62,592 nt of DNA from NCBI GenBank assembly GCA_039587445.1, contig JBDHIM010000012.1:1-62592 (forward strand), in the 5' to 3' direction. The DNA is from Gemmatimonadota bacterium (GTDB lineage Bacteria; Gemmatimonadota; Gemmatimonadetes; Palauibacterales; Palauibacteraceae). Made by a program: the position numbers and the translations under genes. Positions 46,276 to 54,442 of the stretch are shown here, piece by piece (the first letter of the stretch is position 1; the number at the start of each line of letters is the position of its first letter). A model generated the notes under the pieces. The model worked only from the letters and a program-made list of their open reading frames with translations, made no database searches and had not been told where the DNA came from.

Positions 46276-46752
46276 TCACCCTGTAGACAGCCGCCCTCCG
46301 GTTCGCGTTGCCCTCGAGAAACCGTCCCGCGATCGCATCCGCGCTCTCCGAAAGAACAGGTAGGCCAGACAGCCCAGGAGGAAGGTCCAAGGCAGCTGCA
46401 GGCTGGCGTCCCGGGCTTCGACCTGCCAGGCGCCTCTCGCGGATCGTTCTTCTTTTCGCACTGCAAGATAGAACGGTGTCCGAAGCGTAGACCAGCGGGT
46501 GTCGACGGGTCGTTGATAGGAGGACGCCTCGGACTCTCCCGGGATCTCCGGGCTCCCGCCGATCGGCACGCCGAGCAGGCCGCCAAGAAAGGACGACACG
46601 AGGATGGCCGGCCAGACCCAGCGCGCGGAAACTGCCGGTCCGGCCTTCTGGCTTCCCGCGCCCGGAAGTCGTCGCGCGTCCGCGATCATCCAGACGAGGA
46701 TCAAGATGGCTAGTACGGAGAGGGAGATCCCTGCGGCATCGATCCAGTTCAT
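46276..46752 (-). CDS. hypothetical 3-TM membrane protein (158 aa)
   Basis: Three hydrophobic segments; ATGA overlap with the upstream propeller gene. Confidence 0.7.
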   Translation of the reverse strand: MNWIDAAGISLSVLAILILVWMIADARRLPGAGSQKAGPAVSARWVWPAILVSSFLGGLLGVPIGGSPEIPGESEASSYQRPVDTRWSTLRTPFYLAVRKEERSARGAWQVEARDASLQLPWTFLLGCLAYLFFRRARMRSRDGFSRATRTGGRLSTG

Positions 46753-47807
46753 GGTGTTCGCTCCTTTCGGGGTCGCCAGGCGACCAGGGTCGGGTATGGG
46801 CGCTCATGCAGGGCGTAGACGAGCCCGTCAGCGTATACGGCGTGACGGGGCCGGATCGGCAGACGCAGGCTCTCCACGTAGGAGCCATCGTCCAGGGAGT
46901 AGACATCCATGACCCGATGGCGGTCGGACGAGTTGCCGCCGAAAAAGACATAGACACGGCCGCGAGAGAGCGAGACGGTCTCGGCGGCGAAGACCACGCC
47001 GGTGAGCCAGGAGGCTCGCTCCCTGCGACCGAGACTGAATCGACCCCTCTGTGCGACTCGGGGAAACTCCACCCGTTCGATGTACCGGCCTCGATATCCG
47101 AGCCAGCTGGTGGAGAGAAAGGCGAAGAAGCCGTCGCCGAGCCCGTAGGCCCCCACCCATCCTCCCTCCGTCGGATCGTGGCCGACGACGAGCTGGGAGG
47201 CCAGCGGATGCAGTCGCTCGTGTTCCGGCGATGGGAACGAAACGCGTTCGAGGACCTGGCCGCTGGGCGACAGCCGGACGATCGGCCGATCGGCCTCGAA
47301 CGTCAGGAGGATCACGCCGCCACCCTCCTCCGGAACGATTCCATCCGCGGTCCGTCCCACCGCCGAGAGCGGGATCCGGCCGTCGGAGGCTCCGTGCTCG
47401 TCGATTAGGGTGACGCGGCCGTTCGCGACATCCAGCACCCAGGTTCTCCCCTGGCGATCCATATGGATGTCGCGGGGATGAGTGAACTCCTCCGGTCCTT
47501 TGCCCTTACGGCCGAAGCTCCAGAGAAGACGTCCGTGGCTATCAAACCGAAGGACGCGACCGGCTTCACGGTCGAGGACCGATACGCCGGCCCCGTCCGC
47601 GGCGAGTCGGGTCGGTAGCTGGAGCAGCGTGTCCTGAGGGCCACCTACGACGAACGCCGTGTCCCACGCGATGACCGCCCATCGACGGCCCCGGGGCTCG
47701 GCCCGTCGGCCCCGATCGGCATCCTCCCGGTCGGGGACGCAACCGTTCGACAGGCACAGCGCTGCCAAGGCGACACCGCACCTCATCGGCATGCTGGCTG
47801 CCGTCAT
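46749..47807 (-). CDS. 6-bladed beta-propeller (NHL-like) lipoprotein
   Basis: Lipobox LSNGC; blades LLQLPTRLAAD...RVLRFDSHGRLLWSFGRKGKGPEEFTHPRDI; ATGA overlaps at both ends. Confidence 0.85.
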   Translation of the reverse strand: MTAASMPMRCGVALAALCLSNGCVPDREDADRGRRAEPRGRRWAVIAWDTAFVVGGPQDTLLQLPTRLAADGAGVSVLDREAGRVLRFDSHGRLLWSFGRKGKGPEEFTHPRDIHMDRQGRTWVLDVANGRVTLIDEHGASDGRIPLSAVGRTADGIVPEEGGGVILLTFEADRPIVRLSPSGQVLERVSFPSPEHERLHPLASQLVVGHDPTEGGWVGAYGLGDGFFAFLSTSWLGYRGRYIERVEFPRVAQRGRFSLGRRERASWLTGVVFAAETVSLSRGRVYVFFGGNSSDRHRVMDVYSLDDGSYVESLRLPIRPRHAVYADGLVYALHERPYPTLVAWRPRKERTP

Positions 47808-48313
47808 CCCACCGCCCCGGCGACTCGTCGCGCGTACTGTTCGATGAGCCGGCCGGCCTCCCGCTGCAGGCTCGCGTCCGACACCGGCGGAAGGATCAGA
47901 AGAGGACGGCCAGCCGCGTCCAGTAGGACGCTCGTCGGCGTCCGGCTCTGCCCTGCCCTGGCGAGCAGCCGTTCCGCGACCCGACCGAGGTCGTATCGCA
48001 CGGGGAACGTCGGCCCGTGCTCACCAAGAATCGAGTCCCGGGCGGAGGGCGTCGGCGGGAAACCGATCCCAACCCCGAGCACATCCACATGGCCTCGCTC
48101 GGCCAGGGCGTTCCAACGCTCCACCAATCCCCCGTACCGGCGACAATCCTCCGGCTGGAACAGCAACACCAGCGTCGGGCGTTCGACGCCCTCGATGGCG
48201 GCATGCGGAGCCGAAAGGGCGCGATACTCGCCGAAGCGCACCGCCGACAGGGCCGTCAGGAGCGCGGCCGCCGAGAACAGCAGACGCGCTCCCGTGAAGC
48301 GGGGGCCGCTCAG
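47804..48313 (-). CDS. membrane-anchored thioredoxin-fold (TlpA-like) protein with a single active-site Cys
   Basis: LVLLFQPEDCRRY, VDVLGVG and cis-Pro loop TPTSVLLD..G. The N-terminal TM anchor lies upstream of the first GTG (48241), so CTG 48313 is proposed as the start. Confidence 0.7.
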   Translation of the reverse strand: MSGPRFTGARLLFSAAALLTALSAVRFGEYRALSAPHAAIEGVERPTLVLLFQPEDCRRYGGLVERWNALAERGHVDVLGVGIGFPPTPSARDSILGEHGPTFPVRYDLGRVAERLLARAGQSRTPTSVLLDAAGRPLLILPPVSDASLQREAGRLIEQYARRVAGAVG

Positions 48314-48627
48314 CTGCAGCGCCTGGGCTCCCAGCCGATGTAGTCCTCACCCCATCGGCAGCCACCGTCGCCCGGCTCTTCCAGCCACGGGTCGTCAGCT
48401 CCTCCGCCCGAACCGGCCGCCGGGAAGTACTTGTACGTGGTCGTGCACTGTTTGTAGAACAGCATCTCCACGCAGGACTCGTTCTCCCAGCACACCTTGC
48501 CGGTGTTCGAGCCGTTACAGGTCGCGGCCGCCGCCTGCGGCTGGCCGGGGACGGCGAGATAGAGACCCGCCGCCGCCAGGAGGGACAGGGCGCTCGCGTA
48601 GAGCCGCGAGCGATTCGGATTGCGCAT
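48310..48627 (-). CDS. small secreted 6-Cys peptide precursor (105 aa)
   Basis: AGGAG RBS; Sec signal ending QAAA; mature ATCNGSNTGKVCWENESCVEMLFYKQCTTTYKYFP...GCRWGEDYIGWEPRRCS. Confidence 0.8.
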   Translation of the reverse strand: MRNPNRSRLYASALSLLAAAGLYLAVPGQPQAAAATCNGSNTGKVCWENESCVEMLFYKQCTTTYKYFPAAGSGGGADDPWLEEPGDGGCRWGEDYIGWEPRRCS

Positions 48628-48728
48628 GATTCTCACTCCTTGTCGAGGGAACGAAGGTTCGGACAAGAGTGCACCGACCCTTCAACCCGACGTCAAAGAG
48701 GAGATGGCCGCCGGACGGCGACCTCGGC

Positions 48729-49841
48729 TCAGGCGGGGATGTGGTAGAAGGCGAGCGCCAGGATGACGTAGACGGCGATGAGCTGCACGCCCTCCATCCA
48801 GTGGGTCTGGCCGTCATCGGAAACCTGGCCGATGATCAGCACCGAGAGCGCTACGGCCATCACCTCCATGGCGGTAAAGTGGAGATCCATCGGGGCGGGA
48901 CCGATCGCGTAGCTCAGGAAGACGATCAGCGGCGCCACGAAAAGCGCGATCTGGATGGAGGAGCCGATCGCGATGTGGACGGCCAGGTCCATCTTGTTCT
49001 TGAGCGCCATCAGCACGGCCGTCGAGTGCTCGGCCGCGTTGCCGACCAGGGCGATTACGATGACGCCGAGGAAGACCTCGGTCATGCCGAGCGCTTCCCC
49101 GGCCTCGTGCACACCACCCACGAGCAGCTCGCTCATCCACGCCACCAGCGCCGCCGTTCCGACCAGCACCAGGAGGGCCTTCCCCTTCGACCACTGCGGT
49201 CCCACGACCTCCTCGACCGCCTCGGCGGTCTCGGGATCTACCTCCGAAGGCACGACCCCCGTGTACAGCCGGCTATGCGTCTTGAGCGTGAAGACGAGGC
49301 TGAGGATGTAGGTCGCCATGAGGACGACCGAGATCTCCAGGCTCAGCGTGCGCTCTACCCCGGCCGAGCTGCCTGACGAGAGGCCGTGGAAGATGGCTGG
49401 GACGACCAGCCCCACGGCGCTCAACAGCAGAAGCGTGGCTCCCATGCTGGCGGCAATCCGGTTGAACGTCTGGGTGTGATACTTGAGGCCGCCGAGGAAG
49501 GCGCTGAGGCCAAAAACGATGAGCGTGTTGCCAATGATCGAGCCGGTGATCGACGCCTTGACGAGATCGTGGAGCCCGGCGTTCAACGCGATGAGCGCGA
49601 TGATGAGCTCGGCCGCATTCCCGAACGTCGCGTTCAGCAGGCCGCTGACCCCGGCTCCGTAGTGTCCCGCCAGCTTCTCGGTGGCCAGCCCGAGGATCCC
49701 CGCCAGTGGGATGATGGTCAACGCGGAAGTGATGAAGATCGCGGTCCCGCCGGCATGGACGGCGTACTCCAGAACGAGCGAGACAGGGAGGAAGATCAGC
49801 AGTAGATAGAGGATGTTCTGACCGCTCAGGCGCGCCGTCAC
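48729..49841 (-). CDS. calcium/proton exchanger (CAX/ChaA family)
   Basis: [41 protein letters not shown]. Confidence 0.95.
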   Translation of the reverse strand: MTARLSGQNILYLLLIFLPVSLVLEYAVHAGGTAIFITSALTIIPLAGILGLATEKLAGHYGAGVSGLLNATFGNAAELIIALIALNAGLHDLVKASITGSIIGNTLIVFGLSAFLGGLKYHTQTFNRIAASMGATLLLLSAVGLVVPAIFHGLSSGSSAGVERTLSLEISVVLMATYILSLVFTLKTHSRLYTGVVPSEVDPETAEAVEEVVGPQWSKGKALLVLVGTAALVAWMSELLVGGVHEAGEALGMTEVFLGVIVIALVGNAAEHSTAVLMALKNKMDLAVHIAIGSSIQIALFVAPLIVFLSYAIGPAPMDLHFTAMEVMAVALSVLIIGQVSDDGQTHWMEGVQLIAVYVILALAFYHIPA

Positions 49842-49894
49842 GTCCGAGTTCCCGAGGGCTGGGAGGAGGGAGCGTGGGCGCTTGGATGCATAAG

Positions 49895-49965
49895 AGGCGC
49901 CGTCCGGATTCGAACCGGAGTACGGGGCTTTGCAGGCCCCTGCCTAACCACTCGGCCACGGCGCC
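49895..49965 (-). tRNA. tRNA-Cys(GCA)
   Basis: GGCGCCGTGGCCGAGTGGTTAGGCAGGGGCCTGCAAAGCCCCGTACTCCGGTTCGAATCCGGACGGCGCCT; U73; CCA not encoded. Confidence 0.97.
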
Positions 49966-50135
49966 ACACGCCGTCAAGACTAATGCGTCGAAGCAGCGAG
50001 AAAAAGTGTGGTGGACAGCTTGTCTGCTTCCCGTCGCTCCGCCTATACTGCCGCCGTCCCTCCCCCGTTCCCTGCCAAGAGGAGCCAGGGTTGCCCATCA
50101 GCCTCCGAAACAGATCCAGAGCCGGCTCCGGACCG

Positions 50136-51860
50136 ATGCGGCCATCGTTCGGGCTCGCGAGCCTGGCGCTCTTCGCTGCGCTCTTCGCCCTGCCGGGAGC
50201 AGCCGAGTCCCAGGTGCCCACCGTCCAGGACGCGCGGCTCCCTCGCAGTGGAGAGTTCTGGTTCGAGCTCACTCCTTCGCTCAGCTTCTGGAGCAGCCAG
50301 TTCGCGCTCGACTCGGAGCTCGCGGCTGACGGGGAGAAGGAGCCGCTGACCGCCGATTTCGACGGCTCGTTGACCCACCGGCTCTACCCCAACGCGCTTC
50401 CTTTTCTCGCCGACATCAACTCGGACTCGGACGCCCTTGGCTACGATCCGCTGACGCCTGACGAACTCTCCTTCGGAAGCCTCGACTACCGTGAGATAGC
50501 CAACCGGAGAATCGTCCTCCCGTTGGGACTCGAGATCGGCATTCTGGATCGACTCTCGCTGGACGTCATGGTTCCCTTCGTCCAGACCCGCTCGGAGTCC
50601 TTCTTCGGCTACGACACGACCTCGGCGACCGTGACCGCCGGGATGAGCGCCATCGAGGATCCGGCCGGCTTCTTCGGAGAGATCGAGACCGCGGAGACCC
50701 AGTTGGCCGAGCTGATCGACGGGGGGACGCTCACGCCCGAAGAGACGGCCCAGGCGCTTGCCCTGCTCGCCAACTCGACGACCTACTCCGAGGCTCTCGA
50801 GCGGAGGGTGATGGAGAACCTCTTCCTTCCCGTCGGGATCACGACGGCCGGAGGGCAGATGACCGCTGCCTACGATGCGATCGCCGCGGGGTACACCGCG
50901 TTCGGCCTCGCCCTGCCGGCCCTGGAGCTGCCGGCCAGCGCGACGGCGTCCGACCTGGCCGCCCTGTTCGCGAACACCCAGCTGAACGGCGACGCCCCGG
51001 GCACGGTAAACCGAGGCTATTCGGTCGGTGAGCTGGAGGTGGGCCTGAGGATCGGCCTCATCGACACATTCACGCCGATCACCGCGTTCGAGGAGCCCGC
51101 GCCGACACCGCTCGAGCCAGATGACGACGCGCCCGTGGCGCCACCCGAGGGAGAAGAAGGCCAGGACGCCGAGGAGCGACGCCCCGTGGAACACAGCGAG
51201 GCCTTGCAGCGACTGGCACGACGGCCGCCGAAGGTCCAGTTCCGGACGACAATCGGAGGAAAGTACCGCTTTCCGCTCGGCAAGGTGAACGGTGTTCCCT
51301 ACCTGGACCCGTCCAACTTCCTGGACATCCCGATCGGGGACGGGACGACCGACATCGAGATCTCGCTCTATCAGGACATCCGCGTGGGACCGCGGTTCCT
51401 CTTCCTCGCGAGCGGATACTTCGGCCTCCAGATGAAGGACGAGGTGGACCTGCGAGTGAACCCGCCCGATCAACCGTTTGGCCTGGCGTCCACCCTCGGC
51501 ACGCTGCAGCGCAAGCTGGGCAATTACATCGCGGCCCGCGTGGCCCCCCAGTTTTCGATCAACAACGCGCTGGCGATCGGCGCCGAGTACAGCTACTGGA
51601 ACAAGGGAAGCGACGAGTACGAGCTTCTCGCCGGCTCGGTGCCTACCGCGGAGCCGCTGCAGGTGGAGACGTCCCAGACCCGACACATGCTCGGCGTGGG
51701 AGTATTCTACCGCACGCAGGATCTGTGGGAGGTCGGTCGGACGAGCCTGCCGGTGGAGATCTCACTCATCTACCAGACCTCGATCGCCGGCTCGGGGGGG
51801 CAGACGCCTGCGGGCGACAGGGTGACGGTCTATCTCCGACTGCCCTTCAAGGTCTTCTAG
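50136..51860 (+). CDS. hypothetical outer-membrane (beta-barrel-like) protein
   Basis: Signal peptide (LPGAAESQ); amphipathic beta strands; C-terminal YLRLPFKVF; acidic Pro-rich insertion. Confidence 0.75.
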   Translation: MRPSFGLASLALFAALFALPGAAESQVPTVQDARLPRSGEFWFELTPSLSFWSSQFALDSELAADGEKEPLTADFDGSLTHRLYPNALPFLADINSDSDALGYDPLTPDELSFGSLDYREIANRRIVLPLGLEIGILDRLSLDVMVPFVQTRSESFFGYDTTSATVTAGMSAIEDPAGFFGEIETAETQLAELIDGGTLTPEETAQALALLANSTTYSEALERRVMENLFLPVGITTAGGQMTAAYDAIAAGYTAFGLALPALELPASATASDLAALFANTQLNGDAPGTVNRGYSVGELEVGLRIGLIDTFTPITAFEEPAPTPLEPDDDAPVAPPEGEEGQDAEERRPVEHSEALQRLARRPPKVQFRTTIGGKYRFPLGKVNGVPYLDPSNFLDIPIGDGTTDIEISLYQDIRVGPRFLFLASGYFGLQMKDEVDLRVNPPDQPFGLASTLGTLQRKLGNYIAARVAPQFSINNALAIGAEYSYWNKGSDEYELLAGSVPTAEPLQVETSQTRHMLGVGVFYRTQDLWEVGRTSLPVEISLIYQTSIAGSGGQTPAGDRVTVYLRLPFKVF

Positions 51861-52768
51861 CCCGCGCTCTTCCCGCCGACTTCCGACGGCCGCACATCAC
51901 CCCATCTGAGCTTCCGGCGAAGAACCGAGAAGAACGTCTGTCCCGGAAAGCGGATCAAACGAACCGGATGAGCGGCCCGCTGGGCGATGACCCGGTCGCC
52001 GTCGTGCAGCCGGCTGCCGACCTGTCCGTCCACAGTAAGAACGACGTCCTGGGCGCCCGTATCGATCTCGACCGTGATTCGCGCCGTGGCGGGGAGCACG
52101 ACCGGGCGAACCGCCATGGTGTGCGGACAGATCGGTGTGGCGATGATCGCGTCCAGGCTGGGCACCAGAATCGGCCCGCCCGCCGAGAGACTGTACGCCG
52201 TCGAGCCCGTGGCCGTGGAGATGATGATCCCGTCGGCGCTGTATTGACCCAACTCGTCGTCATCCGCCCAGACTCGGAGCTGAACGAGCCGGGCGAACCC
52301 GCTCTTGTGGACGACGGCGTCGTTCAGGGCGAAGAAGGCAACTCCCTCTCCCTCGTCATCGGCGCGCGGCGATTGGGAGCTCCGCTGCAGCCGGACGTCG
52401 AGAGCCAACCGCTCATCCTGCTCGTACTCTCCCGAAGCGACTCGCTCAACGGCCGTCTCGAGCTCCGCGAGCGGGATCGAGGTGAGGAAGCCCAGGCGGC
52501 CCACGTTGCAGCCCAGGATCGGCACACCGCTCGGGCCAGCCAATCGGGCGCCTCGCAGCAGGGTGCCGTCGCCTCCCAGGGTGAGCAGGCACCCGACGTC
52601 AGGCCAGGCCGCGTCCAGGTCCCCGGCGTACGGCACGCCGTCGGCCGCATCGATCAGATCGCCGTGGAGGTACAGGCTGATCTCGTTGCCCTCTGCTACC
52701 CGCCCGAGACGGGCCAGGAGATCGGCCAAGTCCGGGTACCCGGGGTTGCCAAGCACGCCGAGCTTCAT
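51857..52768 (-). CDS. nadK: NAD(+) kinase
   Basis: LGGDGTLL, GCNVGRLGFL, ALNDAVV, DGIIISTATGSTAYSLSAGGP. Confidence 0.96.
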   Translation of the reverse strand: MKLGVLGNPGYPDLADLLARLGRVAEGNEISLYLHGDLIDAADGVPYAGDLDAAWPDVGCLLTLGGDGTLLRGARLAGPSGVPILGCNVGRLGFLTSIPLAELETAVERVASGEYEQDERLALDVRLQRSSQSPRADDEGEGVAFFALNDAVVHKSGFARLVQLRVWADDDELGQYSADGIIISTATGSTAYSLSAGGPILVPSLDAIIATPICPHTMAVRPVVLPATARITVEIDTGAQDVVLTVDGQVGSRLHDGDRVIAQRAAHPVRLIRFPGQTFFSVLRRKLRWGDVRPSEVGGKSAG

Positions 52769-52801
52769 GGTCCGACGCCCCTCGACACGATCACGAGCCG
52801 C

Positions 52802-53059
52802 TCAGTCGGCATTCGCGTTCTCCTCGTCCGATACCTCACCAGCCAACTCTACGGTGCGAACCTCTTCGGAGGATGCCCCGATCAGCTCTTCGATGCGACC
52901 CCGGACGTCCTCCAGCAGCCGATTTGCCCTCCGTACGTGGCCGACGCCGTCCTCGAAGAGGCGGAGCGCTTCGTCAAGATCCAACTCCTCTCGATCCAGG
53001 GCGACCACGATGCGCTCCAGCTCGGCCATCGTGGCCTCGAAATCCAGATCTTCGCTCAT
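52802..53059 (-). CDS. xseB: exodeoxyribonuclease VII small subunit
   Basis: FEATMAELERIV...LDEALRLFEDG; ATGA-coupled to xseA. Confidence 0.93.
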   Translation of the reverse strand: MSEDLDFEATMAELERIVVALDREELDLDEALRLFEDGVGHVRRANRLLEDVRGRIEELIGASSEEVRTVELAGEVSDEENANAD

Positions 53060-54414
53060 GACGACGTCTCCCGTCTCTCCTCGGCTCCCGCCGCTGTGAC
53101 ATCCGTGGCCTCCACCTTCGCCGCGACCTCGCCGTCCACCACGCGAAGGCGGAACGGGTCTCCAGGCTCGAACATCTCCACTCGGCGGAGAACGCGCCCC
53201 TCAGCGTCCAGTGGAACCGCGTAGCCGCGTTCCAGCGTGGAGAGCGGACTGAGCGCCTCGAGCCGTCCGCCGAGCCCATCAAGCCAAACGCCGCATCGCT
53301 CCGCAAAGCGGACGACGCCGTCGCTCAAGCGCTCGGAGGCACGGGACGCTCGCTCTTCGGCACTGCGGGCCCGCGAGCGAAGGGCGGCTGCCAGAGCAGA
53401 AGATCCACGCCGGACGGCGACTCTCAGGTCGGCGGCATCGGGTACGACGAGCTCTCCCGCCGCCGACGGGGTGGGCGCCCTCAGATCAGCCACGAGGTCC
53501 ACGATCGTCACATCGACCTCGTGACCGACGGCCGTCACGATCGGCACCGGACACTCCGCAACGGCGCGGGCGACGACCTCCTCGTTGAAGCACCAGAGAT
53601 CCTCAACCGAGCCACCACCCCGGGTCAGCACGACTACATCCACCTCCGGATGCCGGCAGACGGCGTCCAGCGCGGCGCAGATCTCCCGGGCGGCCCCCTC
53701 TCCCTGAACGTGACACGCGGAGAGGAGGATGTGGGTCCACGGAGCCCGGCGCCGAATCACCGACACCACGTCGTGGAGCGCCGCTCCCTCCCTGGAGGTC
53801 ACGACGCCGACGCGGCGCGGCAGCGCGGGCAGCGGCCGGCGGCGGGCCGGATCCGTGAGGCCCTCGGCTTCGAGGCGGCGGCGCGTGCGCTCGAAGGCCA
53901 GCCTCCACAGGCCCTCTCCCTTCGCCTCCAGCTTCTGGACGACCAGTTGGTACTGCCCACGCGTCTCGTAGAGACTCAGGCTACCGTACGCGCACACCTC
54001 CATCCCTTCTTCCGGATCGGTCGGGAGCCGAGCGGCGTCACTGCGCCAGATCACGCAGGAGATCTGGGCCGAGTCGTCTCTAAGGCTGAAGTAGCAGTGG
54101 CCGGAGCTCACGCGGCGCCAGTTGGCGACTTCCCCGACCACCCAGAGTGGAGCAAAGGAGGCTTCGAGCACGCCCCGAACGGCAGCGTTGACCTCGGAGA
54201 CGGGCAGGGCCGTTTCCACCGAGAGCCCTCGAGCCACGACCTCGCCGCTCCCGCCGTCCGGCTCGAGCCCTCCTTCCGCGAGCAGCTCGGCCGCGAGATC
54301 CCCGGCCGAGAGCTCCCCGGGATCCTGCGGAAGCCCCGCATCCCCCGGAAGCTCGGCATCCCCCGGAGCGAGCCCGCCGGCCCCGAAGAGCGAGAACTGC
54401 GAGATCTCGCTCAC
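53056..54414 (-). CDS. xseA: exodeoxyribonuclease VII large subunit with acidic N-terminal extension
   Basis: OB fold GEVAN...SGHCYFSL.D, VVTS..GAA..D, RGGGS.EDLWCFNEE, GHEVD, DLRAPTPSAA. Confidence 0.96.
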   Translation of the reverse strand: MSEISQFSLFGAGGLAPGDAELPGDAGLPQDPGELSAGDLAAELLAEGGLEPDGGSGEVVARGLSVETALPVSEVNAAVRGVLEASFAPLWVVGEVANWRRVSSGHCYFSLRDDSAQISCVIWRSDAARLPTDPEEGMEVCAYGSLSLYETRGQYQLVVQKLEAKGEGLWRLAFERTRRRLEAEGLTDPARRRPLPALPRRVGVVTSREGAALHDVVSVIRRRAPWTHILLSACHVQGEGAAREICAALDAVCRHPEVDVVVLTRGGGSVEDLWCFNEEVVARAVAECPVPIVTAVGHEVDVTIVDLVADLRAPTPSAAGELVVPDAADLRVAVRRGSSALAAALRSRARSAEERASRASERLSDGVVRFAERCGVWLDGLGGRLEALSPLSTLERGYAVPLDAEGRVLRRVEMFEPGDPFRLRVVDGEVAAKVEATDVTAAGAEERRETSS

Positions 54415-54442
54415 GGGTGTCCTGGCCGCGCCGGTTCCACTT

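Noticed and set aside
46182-46586. Minus-strand ORF whose stop overlaps the MFP start (ATGA)
   Set aside because: Low-complexity sequence overlapping the better 3-TM ORF (46276-46752) for most of its length.
46749-48627. Calling the peptide locus a known RiPP class (lanthipeptide, ranthipeptide, bufferin/MNIO)
   Set aside because: No LanB/C/M, radical SAM, YcaO, DUF692 or peptidase-ABC gene is present, and the precursor has a Sec signal rather than a RiPP leader.
48668-48696. TTGACG-N17-TGCACT promoter for the peptide operon
   Set aside because: The -10 box lacks the conserved A at position 2, so it is too weak to call.
51857-53059. xseB followed directly by nadK (no ispA/dxs/tlyA)
   Set aside because: Ordinary gene-order variation with no scar visible.
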